Positions 30,919 through 40,560 of a DNA stretch of 64,000 nucleotides are shown piece by piece. Both the position numbers and the translations under genes were made by a program. The stretch is taken from positions 3,040,001 to 3,104,000 of the forward strand of contig OZ240241.1 of NCBI GenBank assembly GCA_965198115.1. The letters are read 5' to 3'. This DNA comes from Candidatus Latescibacterota bacterium (lineage in GTDB: Bacteria; Latescibacterota; UBA2968). Every line of letters starts with the position of its first letter. Within the stretch, counting starts at the first letter, position 1. The notes under the pieces were generated by a model, which worked only from the letters and a program-made list of their open reading frames with translations, was not told the DNA's origin and did no database searches.

Positions 30919-31821
30919 CTACGACGGCTCCAACGTGAAGGTCTGCAGGCGCTCGACGGGACGGAATTTGTGCTTGTATCGACGGAGACCCGGAAGTCCA
31001 AGATCTCCCGCGTCGTTCACTGTGCAGTAGTCCCGCATCGACTCGTAGACGCAATGCCTGAGGAACTCAGACGCACCACGTACATCGGGATCCGTCTTGG
31101 CCACGAAGAAACACGCTTCATCCCGGTTCAGTGGCCCCGCCATCGCGAACCCCAGCACGCGATCGTCCTCCTCCAGAATCCATCCACGCAAGTCTTCAAC
31201 GCCCCAATCCGAAAATCGATCCAGCGCCGCCCGCGTATATCCCCAATCGAGCAAAAAAGGGTGCCGTCGGCCCTGGCGTCGACGCCAATGGCGCAGAAGA
31301 TCGTCGCAGCCGGTCACGTCCGCCGGCGTCAAGGGTCGGAACCGCCCACCGACGTCACGACCAAACCGATGAACGCGTTTCCTCAGATCTCTAAACCTTC
31401 GTCCCGACATCGCGGAAACGGCTTTGGGGTCGTAGACGAATTCTCGGTCCTTCTCTTCTGCCCGAAGACCGAGCACCATTCCTGTCTCCGCATCCTTCGC
31501 ATCCGCCCACAGAATACGTGGCTCGTCGCCGCCATTCAACTCCATCAGTGCGGCCCGTCCACGGGACCACACCTCTTCCGTGAACGGCAACGGAGGAACG
31601 ACGAGATCGACCCGCAATCCGTTGCGACCGTCGGAGTGCGCGATGATCCAGGTTGCGCCCTCCCACTCAGAGACACGCACGACCCGTCGAGGTGGAAGAC
31701 TGTAGCAGCAGAGAAACGGAACGAAGTAGCACCAGATGCGCTTGCCGTGAGCGTCAAAGAGCGTTCGCAGGCTTCGCGTCTGAGATGCCTCGATTGGAGG
31801 ACCTTCAAGGGGTGCGCCCAC
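30919..31821 (-). CDS. DUF2156 / aminoacyl-phosphatidylglycerol synthase C-terminal-like (GNAT-fold) protein
   Basis: EFVYD...GRRFRDLRKRVHRF, FVAKTD and VNDAGDLGLPGLRRYKHKFRP motifs. Confidence 0.75.
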   Translation of the reverse strand: MGAPLEGPPIEASQTRSLRTLFDAHGKRIWCYFVPFLCCYSLPPRRVVRVSEWEGATWIIAHSDGRNGLRVDLVVPPLPFTEEVWSRGRAALMELNGGDEPRILWADAKDAETGMVLGLRAEEKDREFVYDPKAVSAMSGRRFRDLRKRVHRFGRDVGGRFRPLTPADVTGCDDLLRHWRRRQGRRHPFLLDWGYTRAALDRFSDWGVEDLRGWILEEDDRVLGFAMAGPLNRDEACFFVAKTDPDVRGASEFLRHCVYESMRDYCTVNDAGDLGLPGLRRYKHKFRPVERLQTFTLEPS

Positions 31822-32839
31822 GCTGTCGGCCCCTTCTAAAATCCGCCGTATACATCGGGCCGTCGTACCGGCCGGAAGCGGCAGCCGGCTCGGCCGTCGT
31901 CGAAACGCAGCGGATCATCTGGCTCTGCCCCGCCAACAGTTGGGCGCCCACATAGTCGTTGAACGTCGGCAGCATCTCGACAGGCGCCAGACCGGATCGG
32001 AGAATCCGATCGATCGCGTCCGCCGTCTCGAGGGGCGATCGACGCCCGAAGCAAATGAACGCCTGCTTGCCCACGGCGGGAACGAGCGCCTCTGTCCCCC
32101 GTGCAACGAACAGACCCAGGCCATCGAGGGTATAGGGTGGGTCCGTGAAGAAAACATCGAACGTCCGCTCCATCCTGTCGGGAAGCGGAGACCGAAGGTC
32201 GTGGTGAATCGCCTCGATCGGAAGACTTTCGCGCGATGCCGTCTCGTTGATGAATGAAACGAGACGGGTATCGACCTCGGCGACGGACAACTCGTGGGAG
32301 CCCAACCCTAGTTCGCGCGCCGTCAGCGCGACGGCTAACGAAGTCAGGTCGTCATCACCCAGGAAAATGACGCGCCGTCCTTCGATCGCGTCATTTTCGT
32401 AGAGGTAGACCGCACGCCGAACGATCGTGTCGCACGTCGCGTGCGACTGATCCAACGTCTGGTCCACGCCAGGACGATGGGAAGCGAAGTCTTCAAGGGC
32501 TTCTGAAACGGACTCGAGCCCGAGGGGCGTCTCGGGCAAAGGCGTGGGAAAGATCCGACGGCACCTGAGTCCAACTTCGGTCTCGACGATCCGCACGCCC
32601 GCATCGGTCAGCGCGATGCCCGCGCCCCTCGTGAGCAGACCCCGCCCTTCCAGCTCACCCCGAACCGCCGCGATCACGGGTACCGGAATACCAAGGTCCC
32701 GTGCCACATCGCGAATTGGCACGGGACCACGGCGAAGAACGGTTCTCAACAAGCGCCGAACACCCTCTGGGCCTTCGGCGAGATGCGCGGCTTCCGCGAC
32801 GTCGACAAGCAGGCTACGCCCGGCGGAAGCTTCCGACAA
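31805..32839 (-). CDS. Bis-aminopropylspermidine synthase (BpsA/DUF43)-like protein with N-terminal wHTH
   Basis: LDQSHAT, FLGDDDLTSLA, EVDTRL, HDLR and FDVFFTDPPYT motifs. Confidence 0.8.
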   Translation of the reverse strand: MSEASAGRSLLVDVAEAAHLAEGPEGVRRLLRTVLRRGPVPIRDVARDLGIPVPVIAAVRGELEGRGLLTRGAGIALTDAGVRIVETEVGLRCRRIFPTPLPETPLGLESVSEALEDFASHRPGVDQTLDQSHATCDTIVRRAVYLYENDAIEGRRVIFLGDDDLTSLAVALTARELGLGSHELSVAEVDTRLVSFINETASRESLPIEAIHHDLRSPLPDRMERTFDVFFTDPPYTLDGLGLFVARGTEALVPAVGKQAFICFGRRSPLETADAIDRILRSGLAPVEMLPTFNDYVGAQLLAGQSQMIRCVSTTAEPAAASGRYDGPMYTADFRRGRQRGRTP

Positions 32840-32841
32840 AA

Positions 32842-34050
32842 TCAGTTCTTTTCGGATGAATCATCGTCCCCACTCGACTCGCCCTCATCCGAATCGTCTC
32901 CTTCGGATGCTACGTCCGAGGTCTCACTCTCGGATGAGGCGTCATCCTTGTCGTCGAGACTCGAAAAGTCCAGATCGTCCATGTCCGGATCTTCCCATTC
33001 GAGCAGGTTCTCATCGTCCTTCTTCTGCCTCAGAACGACGTAAATCAAGCTCGCCCCACTCGCGTAGGCCGCCTGGACATAGGCGAGGAAGATTCCGGTC
33101 AGCAGGATCAGCATGACGGCCAGGATTCGTCCGGACCAGATGAGCGATCCGGATCTGCTGCCGCTCCCACTCGCCCAGGGCGACTCCATTTCGTCGAAGG
33201 TGTTCTGAATGATCGTGGTAAAATCGAACGGCGGCATGTAGCTCTGAGCGATCAGCATGATACTGGTCAGTTTGTCTCCCATGCCCAAACCGCACGCCCA
33301 GGTGATCAGACAAAGGGCGCAGGACATCATGCCGCTCAGCAGGACAGCTCCGATCCAGACCGAGACGAGCATCCAGGTCGTGTATGCCAGCATCCGCCAG
33401 GGCTGGCTCCAGCACATGGAGAACGACTGGATGAGAACCTCGAGCGTGTCCTCACCGACGGTACCCACGATGGCCGGTGTGAAGAGTAGCGAGGCGATGA
33501 GTGCCACGACGATGAACACGGCAACCAGCGCAGCGAAAAAGACGGGAATAAAGGCAAGCGCAAAGCCGACTTCGCCCACATACGGGATCAGTCCGGCCAG
33601 CCAACCGATGATCGCGCCTGTGACCACGAAGATGACGAGCAACACCAGCACGGCCACCGGGCCGAGGATCGCCCCGCCCCAATGTCCTTTCACGAATTTC
33701 CAGGCGTCACCCAAGGAGTAAAAGTCGTCACCGCGAAGCTGCTGATAGGTCATCTTGCACATCATGCAAGACGTGATGTAGAACACCACTGCGGCGAACA
33801 CCATCGCAAGAACGTGTAGGATCGTCCCCGTCATCGAAAGCGATTCTGGCGACGCCCCGGGAAACAGACCGTATCGATGCCAGACTTCGCCAGCCGTCGT
33901 TCCCGAAGCCACGAAGCCGATCGTCACAAGCAGCGAGTAGCCCACGTATGCCACGAGCAGCCCACAAAGCCCAGTCCAGACTTTCTTTCCCGACCAACCG
34001 AGTCGAATCACGCGGAACAGATCGCGTATGTCGAAATGGAGCTTGATCAT
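32842..34050 (-). CDS. Uncharacterised multi-pass membrane protein with acidic tail
   Basis: 402 aa, 7-8 hydrophobic segments, ends IYVVLRQKKDD plus D/E/S tail. 2 bp from the downstream gene. Confidence 0.75.
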   Translation of the reverse strand: MIKLHFDIRDLFRVIRLGWSGKKVWTGLCGLLVAYVGYSLLVTIGFVASGTTAGEVWHRYGLFPGASPESLSMTGTILHVLAMVFAAVVFYITSCMMCKMTYQQLRGDDFYSLGDAWKFVKGHWGGAILGPVAVLVLLVIFVVTGAIIGWLAGLIPYVGEVGFALAFIPVFFAALVAVFIVVALIASLLFTPAIVGTVGEDTLEVLIQSFSMCWSQPWRMLAYTTWMLVSVWIGAVLLSGMMSCALCLITWACGLGMGDKLTSIMLIAQSYMPPFDFTTIIQNTFDEMESPWASGSGSRSGSLIWSGRILAVMLILLTGIFLAYVQAAYASGASLIYVVLRQKKDDENLLEWEDPDMDDLDFSSLDDKDDASSESETSDVASEGDDSDEGESSGDDDSSEKN

Positions 34051-34124
34051 GAGCAGTTCTCCGAGCAGGAGTCAGACGAGTGAGGGGGGAATCGCGAGGC
34101 GTAAGGCGTTGAATGACCGCTTCG

Positions 34125-34153
34125 ATTATGAGGTGGGCCCCAGGAGAAGTCAA
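34125..34153 (-). promoter_or_regulatory. sigma70-type promoter of the 34050-30593 operon
   Basis: TTGACT-N17-CATAAT on the minus strand. Confidence 0.65.
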
Positions 34154-34192
34154 GGGAAAAGCCCTTGAAAGAGAATCGTCGAACCCGACACC

Positions 34193-34242
34193 AAAATCGC
34201 CGCGCGAGAGGAACAACCAAAGCCTCTCACGCGGCAAATTTT
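34193..34242 (-). terminator. Intrinsic terminator
   Basis: Minus strand TTGCCGCGTGAGAGG-loop-CCTCTCGCGCGGCGA-TTTT. Confidence 0.75.
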
Positions 34243-34379
34243 CACACGGCGACGACCGTCTCGCGAAGCCACAAAGGACTCCGCCACAGTGACGGATCGT
34301 GTGCCGCTCGGTGACCGAGTTAGATTAGCCAGGTGCGCTGCCAGCGTTCTGCCTCACAGCCTGGCGCACGCACCTAACT
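34243..34379 (-). ncRNA. 3' structured part of a small transcript split by IS256 (5' part at 35754-35813)
   Basis: Hairpins TAGTTAGGTGCGTGCGCCAG/CTGGCAGCGCACCTGGCTA (across the TSD), CTCGGTCACCGAG and CACACG...CGTGTG. No long ORF. Confidence 0.5.
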
Positions 34380-35753
34380 GAGCTATAATCAAAAGGTGTG
34401 GAAAAAGAGAAAGGGCGACCCTACCCTTCCCGTGAGATAGTTGATTCACACAAAACCGGGTGAGAGGCCCGGTTGGGAAGGAGGATCGCCGTGAAGGAAC
34501 ATACGCATAGAGCCCCATTGAAGTCCATGCCGACGTGGGAGACGGTTGACGATTGGATCCGTGAAGAGATCCAGGGCCGGTTCCAGTCCATTCTGGAGGA
34601 GGAGGCGACCGCGTTCTTGGGCCGGTCGTGGTATGAGCGCCGAGCCGAGGTCGATAGCTCCAGGGGCTACAGGAACGGCTACGGCAAGCCCCGGCGTCTC
34701 TCGACGAGCTGCGGAACGATCAAGGTCCGGCGTCCCCGGGTTCGTGGTCTGGAAGAGCGGTTTGAAAGCCGCATCCTCCCCCTGTTCGCCCGGAGAACCA
34801 GGGCCATTGGAGATCTGCTTCCCGACCTTTATCTCCACGGTCTCTCCCAGGGCGACTTCGAGTTGTCTTTGCGTGCGCTGCTCGGTGATGGCGCGCCGCT
34901 TTCGCCGACCTCGATCGCTCGTCTTCGAGGGAAGTGGGAGGTCGACTTCCAGGACTGGAAAGAAAGGCGTCTGGATAATCGCGAACTGGTCTACGCCTGG
35001 GCTGATGGCATCTACGTCAAAGCCGGGCTCGAGCGCGAGAAGGCGTGTCTGCTGGTCGTGATCGGCGCGATGAGCGACGGCAGCAAGGAGATCCTGGCGA
35101 TAGAACCCGGTTATCGAGAGTCTACAGAATCCTGGCTCACGGTGCTACGGGATCTCCGGGATCGCGGGCTCGAACATCCTGTCCTGATCGCCGCGGACGG
35201 GAATATGGGCATCTGGGCGGCCGTTGATCAGGTCTGGCCAGAGAGCCGGCAACAACGGTGCTGGAACCACAAGATCCTCAACGTGCTCGACAAGGTCGCC
35301 AAGCGTGCACAGGCTGAAGCCCGCGCACTGCTCGTCCAGATCCCCTATGCCGGCACGAAAAAGGAGGCCGAGAAGCTCCGGAAACGCTTTGCCGCACGGT
35401 ATCGCTCACAGTTCCCTGCCGCCGTGGAGACGCTCGAAAGAAACTGGGATCGGATGGTCACGTTCTACGACTTCCCGAAGGAACACTGGAAACACCTGAG
35501 AACCACGAACGTCGTCGAGAGCCCCTTTGCTTCCGTTCGGCTTCGCACAAACGCCGCCAGGCGATTCAAGAAAGTCAGGAACGCCACGACTCTCATCTGG
35601 CGTACGCTCAAGGTCGCAGAGAGCCGATTCAGGAAACTCACCGCGCCACACTTGCTACAACAAGTCTACGATCAGAAACACTCAACCGAACCGCAGGTCG
35701 AAGCCGGGAAGATGGCCGCCTGATTTCTTTTACACACCTATTGACCTGAGCTC
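34380..35753 (+). mobile_element. IS256-family IS (1374 bp)
   Basis: IRs GAGCTATAATCAAAAGGTGTG / CACACCTATTGACCTGAGCTC. 9-bp TSD CACCTAACT at 34371-34379 and 35754-35762. Confidence 0.93.
34491..35723 (+). CDS. IS256 family transposase
   Basis: YRNGY, YAWADG, ADG, QRCWNH and RTTNVVES motifs. Confidence 0.95.
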   Translation: MKEHTHRAPLKSMPTWETVDDWIREEIQGRFQSILEEEATAFLGRSWYERRAEVDSSRGYRNGYGKPRRLSTSCGTIKVRRPRVRGLEERFESRILPLFARRTRAIGDLLPDLYLHGLSQGDFELSLRALLGDGAPLSPTSIARLRGKWEVDFQDWKERRLDNRELVYAWADGIYVKAGLEREKACLLVVIGAMSDGSKEILAIEPGYRESTESWLTVLRDLRDRGLEHPVLIAADGNMGIWAAVDQVWPESRQQRCWNHKILNVLDKVAKRAQAEARALLVQIPYAGTKKEAEKLRKRFAARYRSQFPAAVETLERNWDRMVTFYDFPKEHWKHLRTTNVVESPFASVRLRTNAARRFKKVRNATTLIWRTLKVAESRFRKLTAPHLLQQVYDQKHSTEPQVEAGKMAA

Positions 35754-35756
35754 CAC

Positions 35757-35792
35757 CTAACTACAGCCACCTCCACTGGTCATGTCTGTCAT
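35757..35792 (-). CDS. Putative 11-aa peptide MTDMTSGGGCS
   Basis: ATG lies 7 nt downstream of GGAGG within the extended SD AGAAAGGAGGTGGTCC. Ends in TAG. Confidence 0.4.
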   Translation of the reverse strand: MTDMTSGGGCS

Positions 35793-35819
35793 CGGACCAC
35801 CTCCTTTCTGTGTAGGCCC

Positions 35820-35848
35820 AACATAGGCCGCACAAAATTCGAAGTCAA
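35820..35848 (-). promoter_or_regulatory. sigma70-type promoter
   Basis: TTGACT (35848-35843), N17, TATGTT (35825-35820). Predicted TSS near 35813. Confidence 0.6.
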
Positions 35849-35859
35849 TCCGCAAGCCC

Positions 35860-36750
35860 CTAATCGATTGTCACCCGCCTGGGATCGAACGTGTCCCGGA
35901 GGCCATCACCCAGCAGGTTGAACGACAGAACGGTCACGAAGATCGCGCACCCGGGATACGTCAGCACCCAGGGTGCGCTCAGAATCAACTCGCGGCCTCC
36001 GCTCAGCATGGCCCCCCACTCTGGAATCGGTGGCTGTGCACCCAGTCCCAGAAAGCTCAGGCCAGCAGCATCCAGAATCGCTGTTGCGAGACCGAGCGTG
36101 GCCTGTACGATCAGAGGGGCGAGGCAATTCGGCAGGACGGCCGTCGCGACGATCCGTGCGTCGCCTGCTCCCAGCGCCCTGAGCGCCTGTACGTAGTCGG
36201 CTTCGCGAACCGTCAACGTCGATGCCCGAACGAGCCGCGCATATTGGGGAATGGCCACGATGCCGACGGCCAGCATCGCGTGATTCAACCCAGGACCCAG
36301 AATGGCGACGATGCCGATCGCCAGGAGAATGCTCGGAAACGCCAGCATCACATCCATCACACGCATCAGGACCTGGTCGACCGCACCTCCCCTGTAGCCC
36401 GCGATCAAACCGATGGCGGTCCCGATCGAAAGGGCTACACCGACGGCCGCCAACCCGATCTGCAACGAAATCCGACTGCCGTAAACCACGCGGCTAAAAA
36501 TGTCGCGGCCAAAGTCGTCAGTCCCGAACGGATGCTCCCACGAAGGGGGCGAAAGCCGACCGTAGAGATCCTGGGCGAGCGGATCCTGAGTCGCGATCCA
36601 GGGGGCGAAAACCGCGATGACCAGAAAGAGCATCAACAAAAGTCCTCCAGCGACGGCCGACCGATTCGTGCGGTAGCGCCGCCAGAGATGGGAAAGACCA
36701 CTCGTGTGCGCCGGCAGTGCGCCAACTTCGGTGGTGGGGAGATCCTTCAC
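35860..36750 (-). CDS. dppC: Dipeptide/oligopeptide ABC transporter permease
   Basis: HPFGTDDFGRDIFSR and LSFLGLGAQPPIPEWG motifs. Confidence 0.9.
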   Translation of the reverse strand: MKDLPTTEVGALPAHTSGLSHLWRRYRTNRSAVAGGLLLMLFLVIAVFAPWIATQDPLAQDLYGRLSPPSWEHPFGTDDFGRDIFSRVVYGSRISLQIGLAAVGVALSIGTAIGLIAGYRGGAVDQVLMRVMDVMLAFPSILLAIGIVAILGPGLNHAMLAVGIVAIPQYARLVRASTLTVREADYVQALRALGAGDARIVATAVLPNCLAPLIVQATLGLATAILDAAGLSFLGLGAQPPIPEWGAMLSGGRELILSAPWVLTYPGCAIFVTVLSFNLLGDGLRDTFDPRRVTID

Positions 36751-37760
36751 GAGCGCTCCGCATATTTGATCCGTGGATCGAACCAGGCGTAGAGCAGATC
36801 GGCGATCAGGTTGATCAGCACAAAGGTCAGCGACACCAGCAGGACGCCACCCTGGATCGCTCGGAAATCACGTGCGTAAACAGCCAGAAGCAGCCAGCGC
36901 CCGACTCCAGGCCACGCAAAAATCGTCTCCGTAATGACCGCCCCACCGAGCAAATACCCGAACTGGAGACTGATCACCGTCAACACCGGGATGAACGCGT
37001 TCTTCATCGCGTGACGCAGCACGACGAGCCATTCGACCAGGCCCTTTGCGCGCGCCGTTCGCACGTAGTCTTCCTGCAACACCTCCAGCAGGCTTGAACG
37101 GGTCATGCGGGAAATCACGGCCGCGGGCACCGTCCCGAGCGTGAACGCCGGCAGGAACAGATGGTGCAGCGCATCTCCGAACGCTCGGACGTCACCTGCC
37201 AACAGGCTGTCCAACACGAACAGCCCGGTCACGGGCTCGAAATACGTCGTCGCACTCAGACGTCCCGCCACGGGGAACCAACTCACTTGCACCGCGAGCG
37301 CCAGAATCAGGATGAGTCCAAGCCAGAAGATCGGCATCGACACCCCCGCCAGCGATGCCGTCAGTCCGGCAAAGTCCCACACAGAGTTGCGTCGGGTGGC
37401 CGAAAGCACGCCGGCCGACAGTCCGATGATGCACGCGAGCAGCATACTCGCGAGAGTCAGTTCGAAGGTCGCCGGAAAGCGCGCTGCCAGTTCCTCGGCG
37501 ATGGGTGTGTGAGATTTGATCGACCGGCCCAGGTCCCCGGATGCGAGGCCCATCACGTAATGTCCCAATTGCACATACCAGGGTCGATCGAGTCCCAACT
37601 CCTGTCGAAGAAGCGCGAGACTCTCGGGCGTCGCGCGTTCCCCGAGCATCACCTGCGCGGGATCGCCCGGCACGAGGTGAACCATCAGGAACACCGCGAT
37701 CGTAATTCCGAGGAGCGTAGGCACAAGCGATATCAGACGTCTCAGCACATACCCGATCAT
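36747..37760 (-). CDS. dppB: Dipeptide/oligopeptide ABC transporter permease
   Basis: PGDPA, DYVRTARAKGL and ETIFAWPGVG motifs. Confidence 0.9.
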   Translation of the reverse strand: MIGYVLRRLISLVPTLLGITIAVFLMVHLVPGDPAQVMLGERATPESLALLRQELGLDRPWYVQLGHYVMGLASGDLGRSIKSHTPIAEELAARFPATFELTLASMLLACIIGLSAGVLSATRRNSVWDFAGLTASLAGVSMPIFWLGLILILALAVQVSWFPVAGRLSATTYFEPVTGLFVLDSLLAGDVRAFGDALHHLFLPAFTLGTVPAAVISRMTRSSLLEVLQEDYVRTARAKGLVEWLVVLRHAMKNAFIPVLTVISLQFGYLLGGAVITETIFAWPGVGRWLLLAVYARDFRAIQGGVLLVSLTFVLINLIADLLYAWFDPRIKYAERS

Positions 37761-37769
37761 CACAGACAA

Positions 37770-37802
37770 CGGGGCAGGACGTTCCTCAAACGACCTGCCC
37801 CG
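37770..37802 (-). other. Intercistronic hairpin between dppA and dppB
   Basis: CGGGGCAGG...CCTGCCCCG 9-bp stem. Confidence 0.55.
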
Positions 37803-37823
37803 ATCCTTTCGCTATGGACTCAG

Positions 37824-39398
37824 CTATCGTCTTAACGAGACATTCTGAAACCACTTGCTGCCCGTTGGATGAAGACTGAATCCCGTCACATCACGGCCGA
37901 AAGCGGCGGTCTGCGCAACGTGAACCAGAGGCGTCCACGGGGCGTCGCGATGGATGATCTCTTGGGCACGGCGGTAGAGATCGGTTCGCACCGACGTACC
38001 CACCTCAACCTGGGCCTGAACCAGAATGTCGTGAAGCTCTTCGCTGCGGTAGAACGCAATGTTGTTCGCCGGAAAGGCCGTCGCACTCTTGTCGAGCAGT
38101 ACATAGAGGAAGTTGTCCGGATCCCCGTTGTCCCCCGTCCAACCCAATAACCCCATGTCGTGCTGGCCGCGTTGGACCTTGTCCAGGTAGGTGCCCCACT
38201 CGAACGTCACGATCTCTGCATCGATCCCGACCGTGTTCAAGTCCGATTGGATCGCCTGCGCCAATTTCAGTGGTTGGGGCATGTAGGGACGTGGTACCGG
38301 CATCGCCCAGAGAGTCGTCTTGAAACCGTTGGGAAAGCCCGCCTCCGCCAACAACCGCTTCGATCGCTCCGGATCATAGGCGTAGCCCACGATGCCTTCG
38401 TGGTAGCTCCACATGGTAGGCGGTATTGGATTGACCGCCACTTCTGCGAGGCCGTGGTAGAGGTTATCGACGATCGCCTTCTTGTTGATTGCGTGGTTGA
38501 CCGCCCGTCGGACTTTAAGGAGATGAAAGGGGTGCCGGTCCATGTTCATGGCCAGATATCCGACGTTCATGCCCGCCTGCTTCAACAGCTTGAGCTTCGG
38601 GTTCGTCTCGATGTTCGGAATGAAATCGGGGACCAGATTGTCCATCCCATTAATAGCCCCCTGACTGAGCGCGATCAGTCGTACCGAGTTTTCGGGTATG
38701 CTCCTGAAAATCAGTCGTTCCACGGACGGCGCCCCGTCCCAATAGTCGAGGTTTCGTTCCAGCACGATTCGGTCGTCCTTGACCCACTGTGCAAAACGGA
38801 AAGGACCCGTTCCGATCGGATGTCGTGGGTAGTCCTCGCCCCATTTCCTCACAGCCGACGGACTCACGATCGAACAGAAGTTCATGGCCAGGTTCGACAG
38901 GAACGGAGCCGTCGGCCGGTGCAACTCGACCTCAACAATCAGATCGTCGACACCTCGGATGTTTTTCACGATATCGGACATCGACATGCTGTTCCAGTAC
39001 TGGTATGCACCCTCCACCTTGTGGTGAGGATGGTCTACCAAGAACTGACGGCCCAGGGAGAACACCACCGCATCTGTGTTCAACACCGACCCATCGTGGA
39101 ATCTCACACCCGGCCTCAGGGTGAACGTCCACGTGAGCCTATCTTCCGACACGCTCCAGGCTGTCGCCAGACCGGGTTCGACGTCCGTGCTCTCGTCCCG
39201 AAACCGGACCAGCGTATCGTAAATGTTGTCGCACACCTTGAACGACTCGCCATCCGTCTCGAGCGCCGGATCGAGGCCTACCGAGTCCCCACCCCGGCCG
39301 AAAACGAGCGTGGCGGACCGGTCTCCTCCGCAGGAAACCGTCAGAAAAACGAGTGCGAACAAGAGCGAGCGGCCTTTCATCGAATCGAAACCTTTCAT
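37824..39398 (-). CDS. dppA: Dipeptide ABC transporter substrate-binding lipoprotein
   Basis: LTVSC lipobox, PGLATAW, PIGTGPF, AMPVPRPY and GWTGDNGDPDNF motifs. Confidence 0.9.
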   Translation of the reverse strand: MKGFDSMKGRSLLFALVFLTVSCGGDRSATLVFGRGGDSVGLDPALETDGESFKVCDNIYDTLVRFRDESTDVEPGLATAWSVSEDRLTWTFTLRPGVRFHDGSVLNTDAVVFSLGRQFLVDHPHHKVEGAYQYWNSMSMSDIVKNIRGVDDLIVEVELHRPTAPFLSNLAMNFCSIVSPSAVRKWGEDYPRHPIGTGPFRFAQWVKDDRIVLERNLDYWDGAPSVERLIFRSIPENSVRLIALSQGAINGMDNLVPDFIPNIETNPKLKLLKQAGMNVGYLAMNMDRHPFHLLKVRRAVNHAINKKAIVDNLYHGLAEVAVNPIPPTMWSYHEGIVGYAYDPERSKRLLAEAGFPNGFKTTLWAMPVPRPYMPQPLKLAQAIQSDLNTVGIDAEIVTFEWGTYLDKVQRGQHDMGLLGWTGDNGDPDNFLYVLLDKSATAFPANNIAFYRSEELHDILVQAQVEVGTSVRTDLYRRAQEIIHRDAPWTPLVHVAQTAAFGRDVTGFSLHPTGSKWFQNVSLRR

Positions 39399-39463
39399 CC
39401 GAACCTGAAAAAAGTCAGCGGATGCGACGTACGCACCCGCTGAAGTAGGAAGGGAAATCTCCT

Positions 39464-40462
39464 TTATTCGGCGAACGATTCGTCGAACGCACGCCCCGAG
39501 GTCGGAAAGTCCACGCTGTTCACGAACACGCAGGCCTCCTCAGCCCCGTGCTCACGGTCCATTCCGGAATCCTCCCACTCGACCGAGAGAGGCCCGTCGT
39601 AGCCGATGTCGTTCAGGGCGCGGATAATTTCCTCAAAGTCGACGGAGCCCCGACCCAGGGAGCGGAAATCCCACGCGCGATCGGGGTCGCCGAAGTTGGT
39701 ATGCCCGCCAAAAACACCTGCCCGTGTCGGGGTCATCGACAGGTAGGCATCTTTCATGTGCACGTGGTAGATGCGGTTGCTGAATTTACGAATGAATCCG
39801 ACATAGTCGACGTTCTGATAGACGAAATGACTCGGATCGTAGTTGAACCCGAACTCTCGCCGGTTCTTCAACGCCTTGACCGCGCGAGCAGCCGAGGACA
39901 CGTCGAAAGCGATCTCCGTTGGATGGACTTCGAGCGCAAACCGAATCCTGTTCTTCTTGAACACGTCGAGGATCGGGTTCCACCGGTCGGCGAAATCCTG
40001 AAAACCTGCATCGATCGACGCCGGATCGACGGGGGGAAACGAATAGAGCAGGTGCCAGATCGAAGAGCCCGTGAACCCATTCACCACCTTGACGCCGAAC
40101 GCCTTCGCCGCTTCGGCCGTCACCATCATCTCCTTGGCCGCCCGTCGCTGAACCTGCTCCGGTTTGCCGTTCCCCCACACCTTGGGCGGCAGAATCGCCT
40201 GATGACGATCGTCAATCAGGTCGCAGACGGCTTGACCGGCGAGATGGTTGCTGATCGACCAGCACTTCAGTCCGTGCTTCTCGAGCGTATCCCACTTCTC
40301 CCTACAGTACTTGTCACTCGATGCGGCCTTGTGGACGTCGAAGTGATCGCCCCAGCAACCCAGCTCGAGCCCATCGTACCCCCACTCGCTCGCCTTCTGA
40401 GCCAGCACCTCCAGCGGTAGGTCTGCCCATTGTCCTGTGAATAGCGTACACGGCCTCGCCAT
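39464..40462 (-). CDS. Sugar phosphate isomerase/epimerase (xylose isomerase-like TIM barrel)
   Basis: [34 protein letters not shown] and SVEWED motifs. Confidence 0.88.
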   Translation of the reverse strand: MARPCTLFTGQWADLPLEVLAQKASEWGYDGLELGCWGDHFDVHKAASSDKYCREKWDTLEKHGLKCWSISNHLAGQAVCDLIDDRHQAILPPKVWGNGKPEQVQRRAAKEMMVTAEAAKAFGVKVVNGFTGSSIWHLLYSFPPVDPASIDAGFQDFADRWNPILDVFKKNRIRFALEVHPTEIAFDVSSAARAVKALKNRREFGFNYDPSHFVYQNVDYVGFIRKFSNRIYHVHMKDAYLSMTPTRAGVFGGHTNFGDPDRAWDFRSLGRGSVDFEEIIRALNDIGYDGPLSVEWEDSGMDREHGAEEACVFVNSVDFPTSGRAFDESFAE

Positions 40463-40485
40463 AATTGTCTCCGGATGAAACACAG

Positions 40486-40558
40486 GTCAGACTGAGCGGA
40501 GTCGAAGTCCGACCTCGTCGCGCAACAATGTCCCCCTTCGACTCCGCTCAGGGTGACA
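40486..40558. repeat. Inverted pair of CTTCGACTCCGCTCAG REP-like units
   Basis: GTCAGACTGAGCGGAGTCGAAG...CTTCGACTCCGCTCAGGGTGAC. Related units at 17378, 17465, 20480, 26702 and 48424. Confidence 0.75.
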
Positions 40559-40560
40559 TC

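Noticed and set aside
35794-35809. 16S rRNA 3'-end fragment (GGACCACCTCCTTTCT on the + strand)
   Set aside because: No other rRNA-like sequence flanks it. It is better explained as an extended SD on the minus strand.
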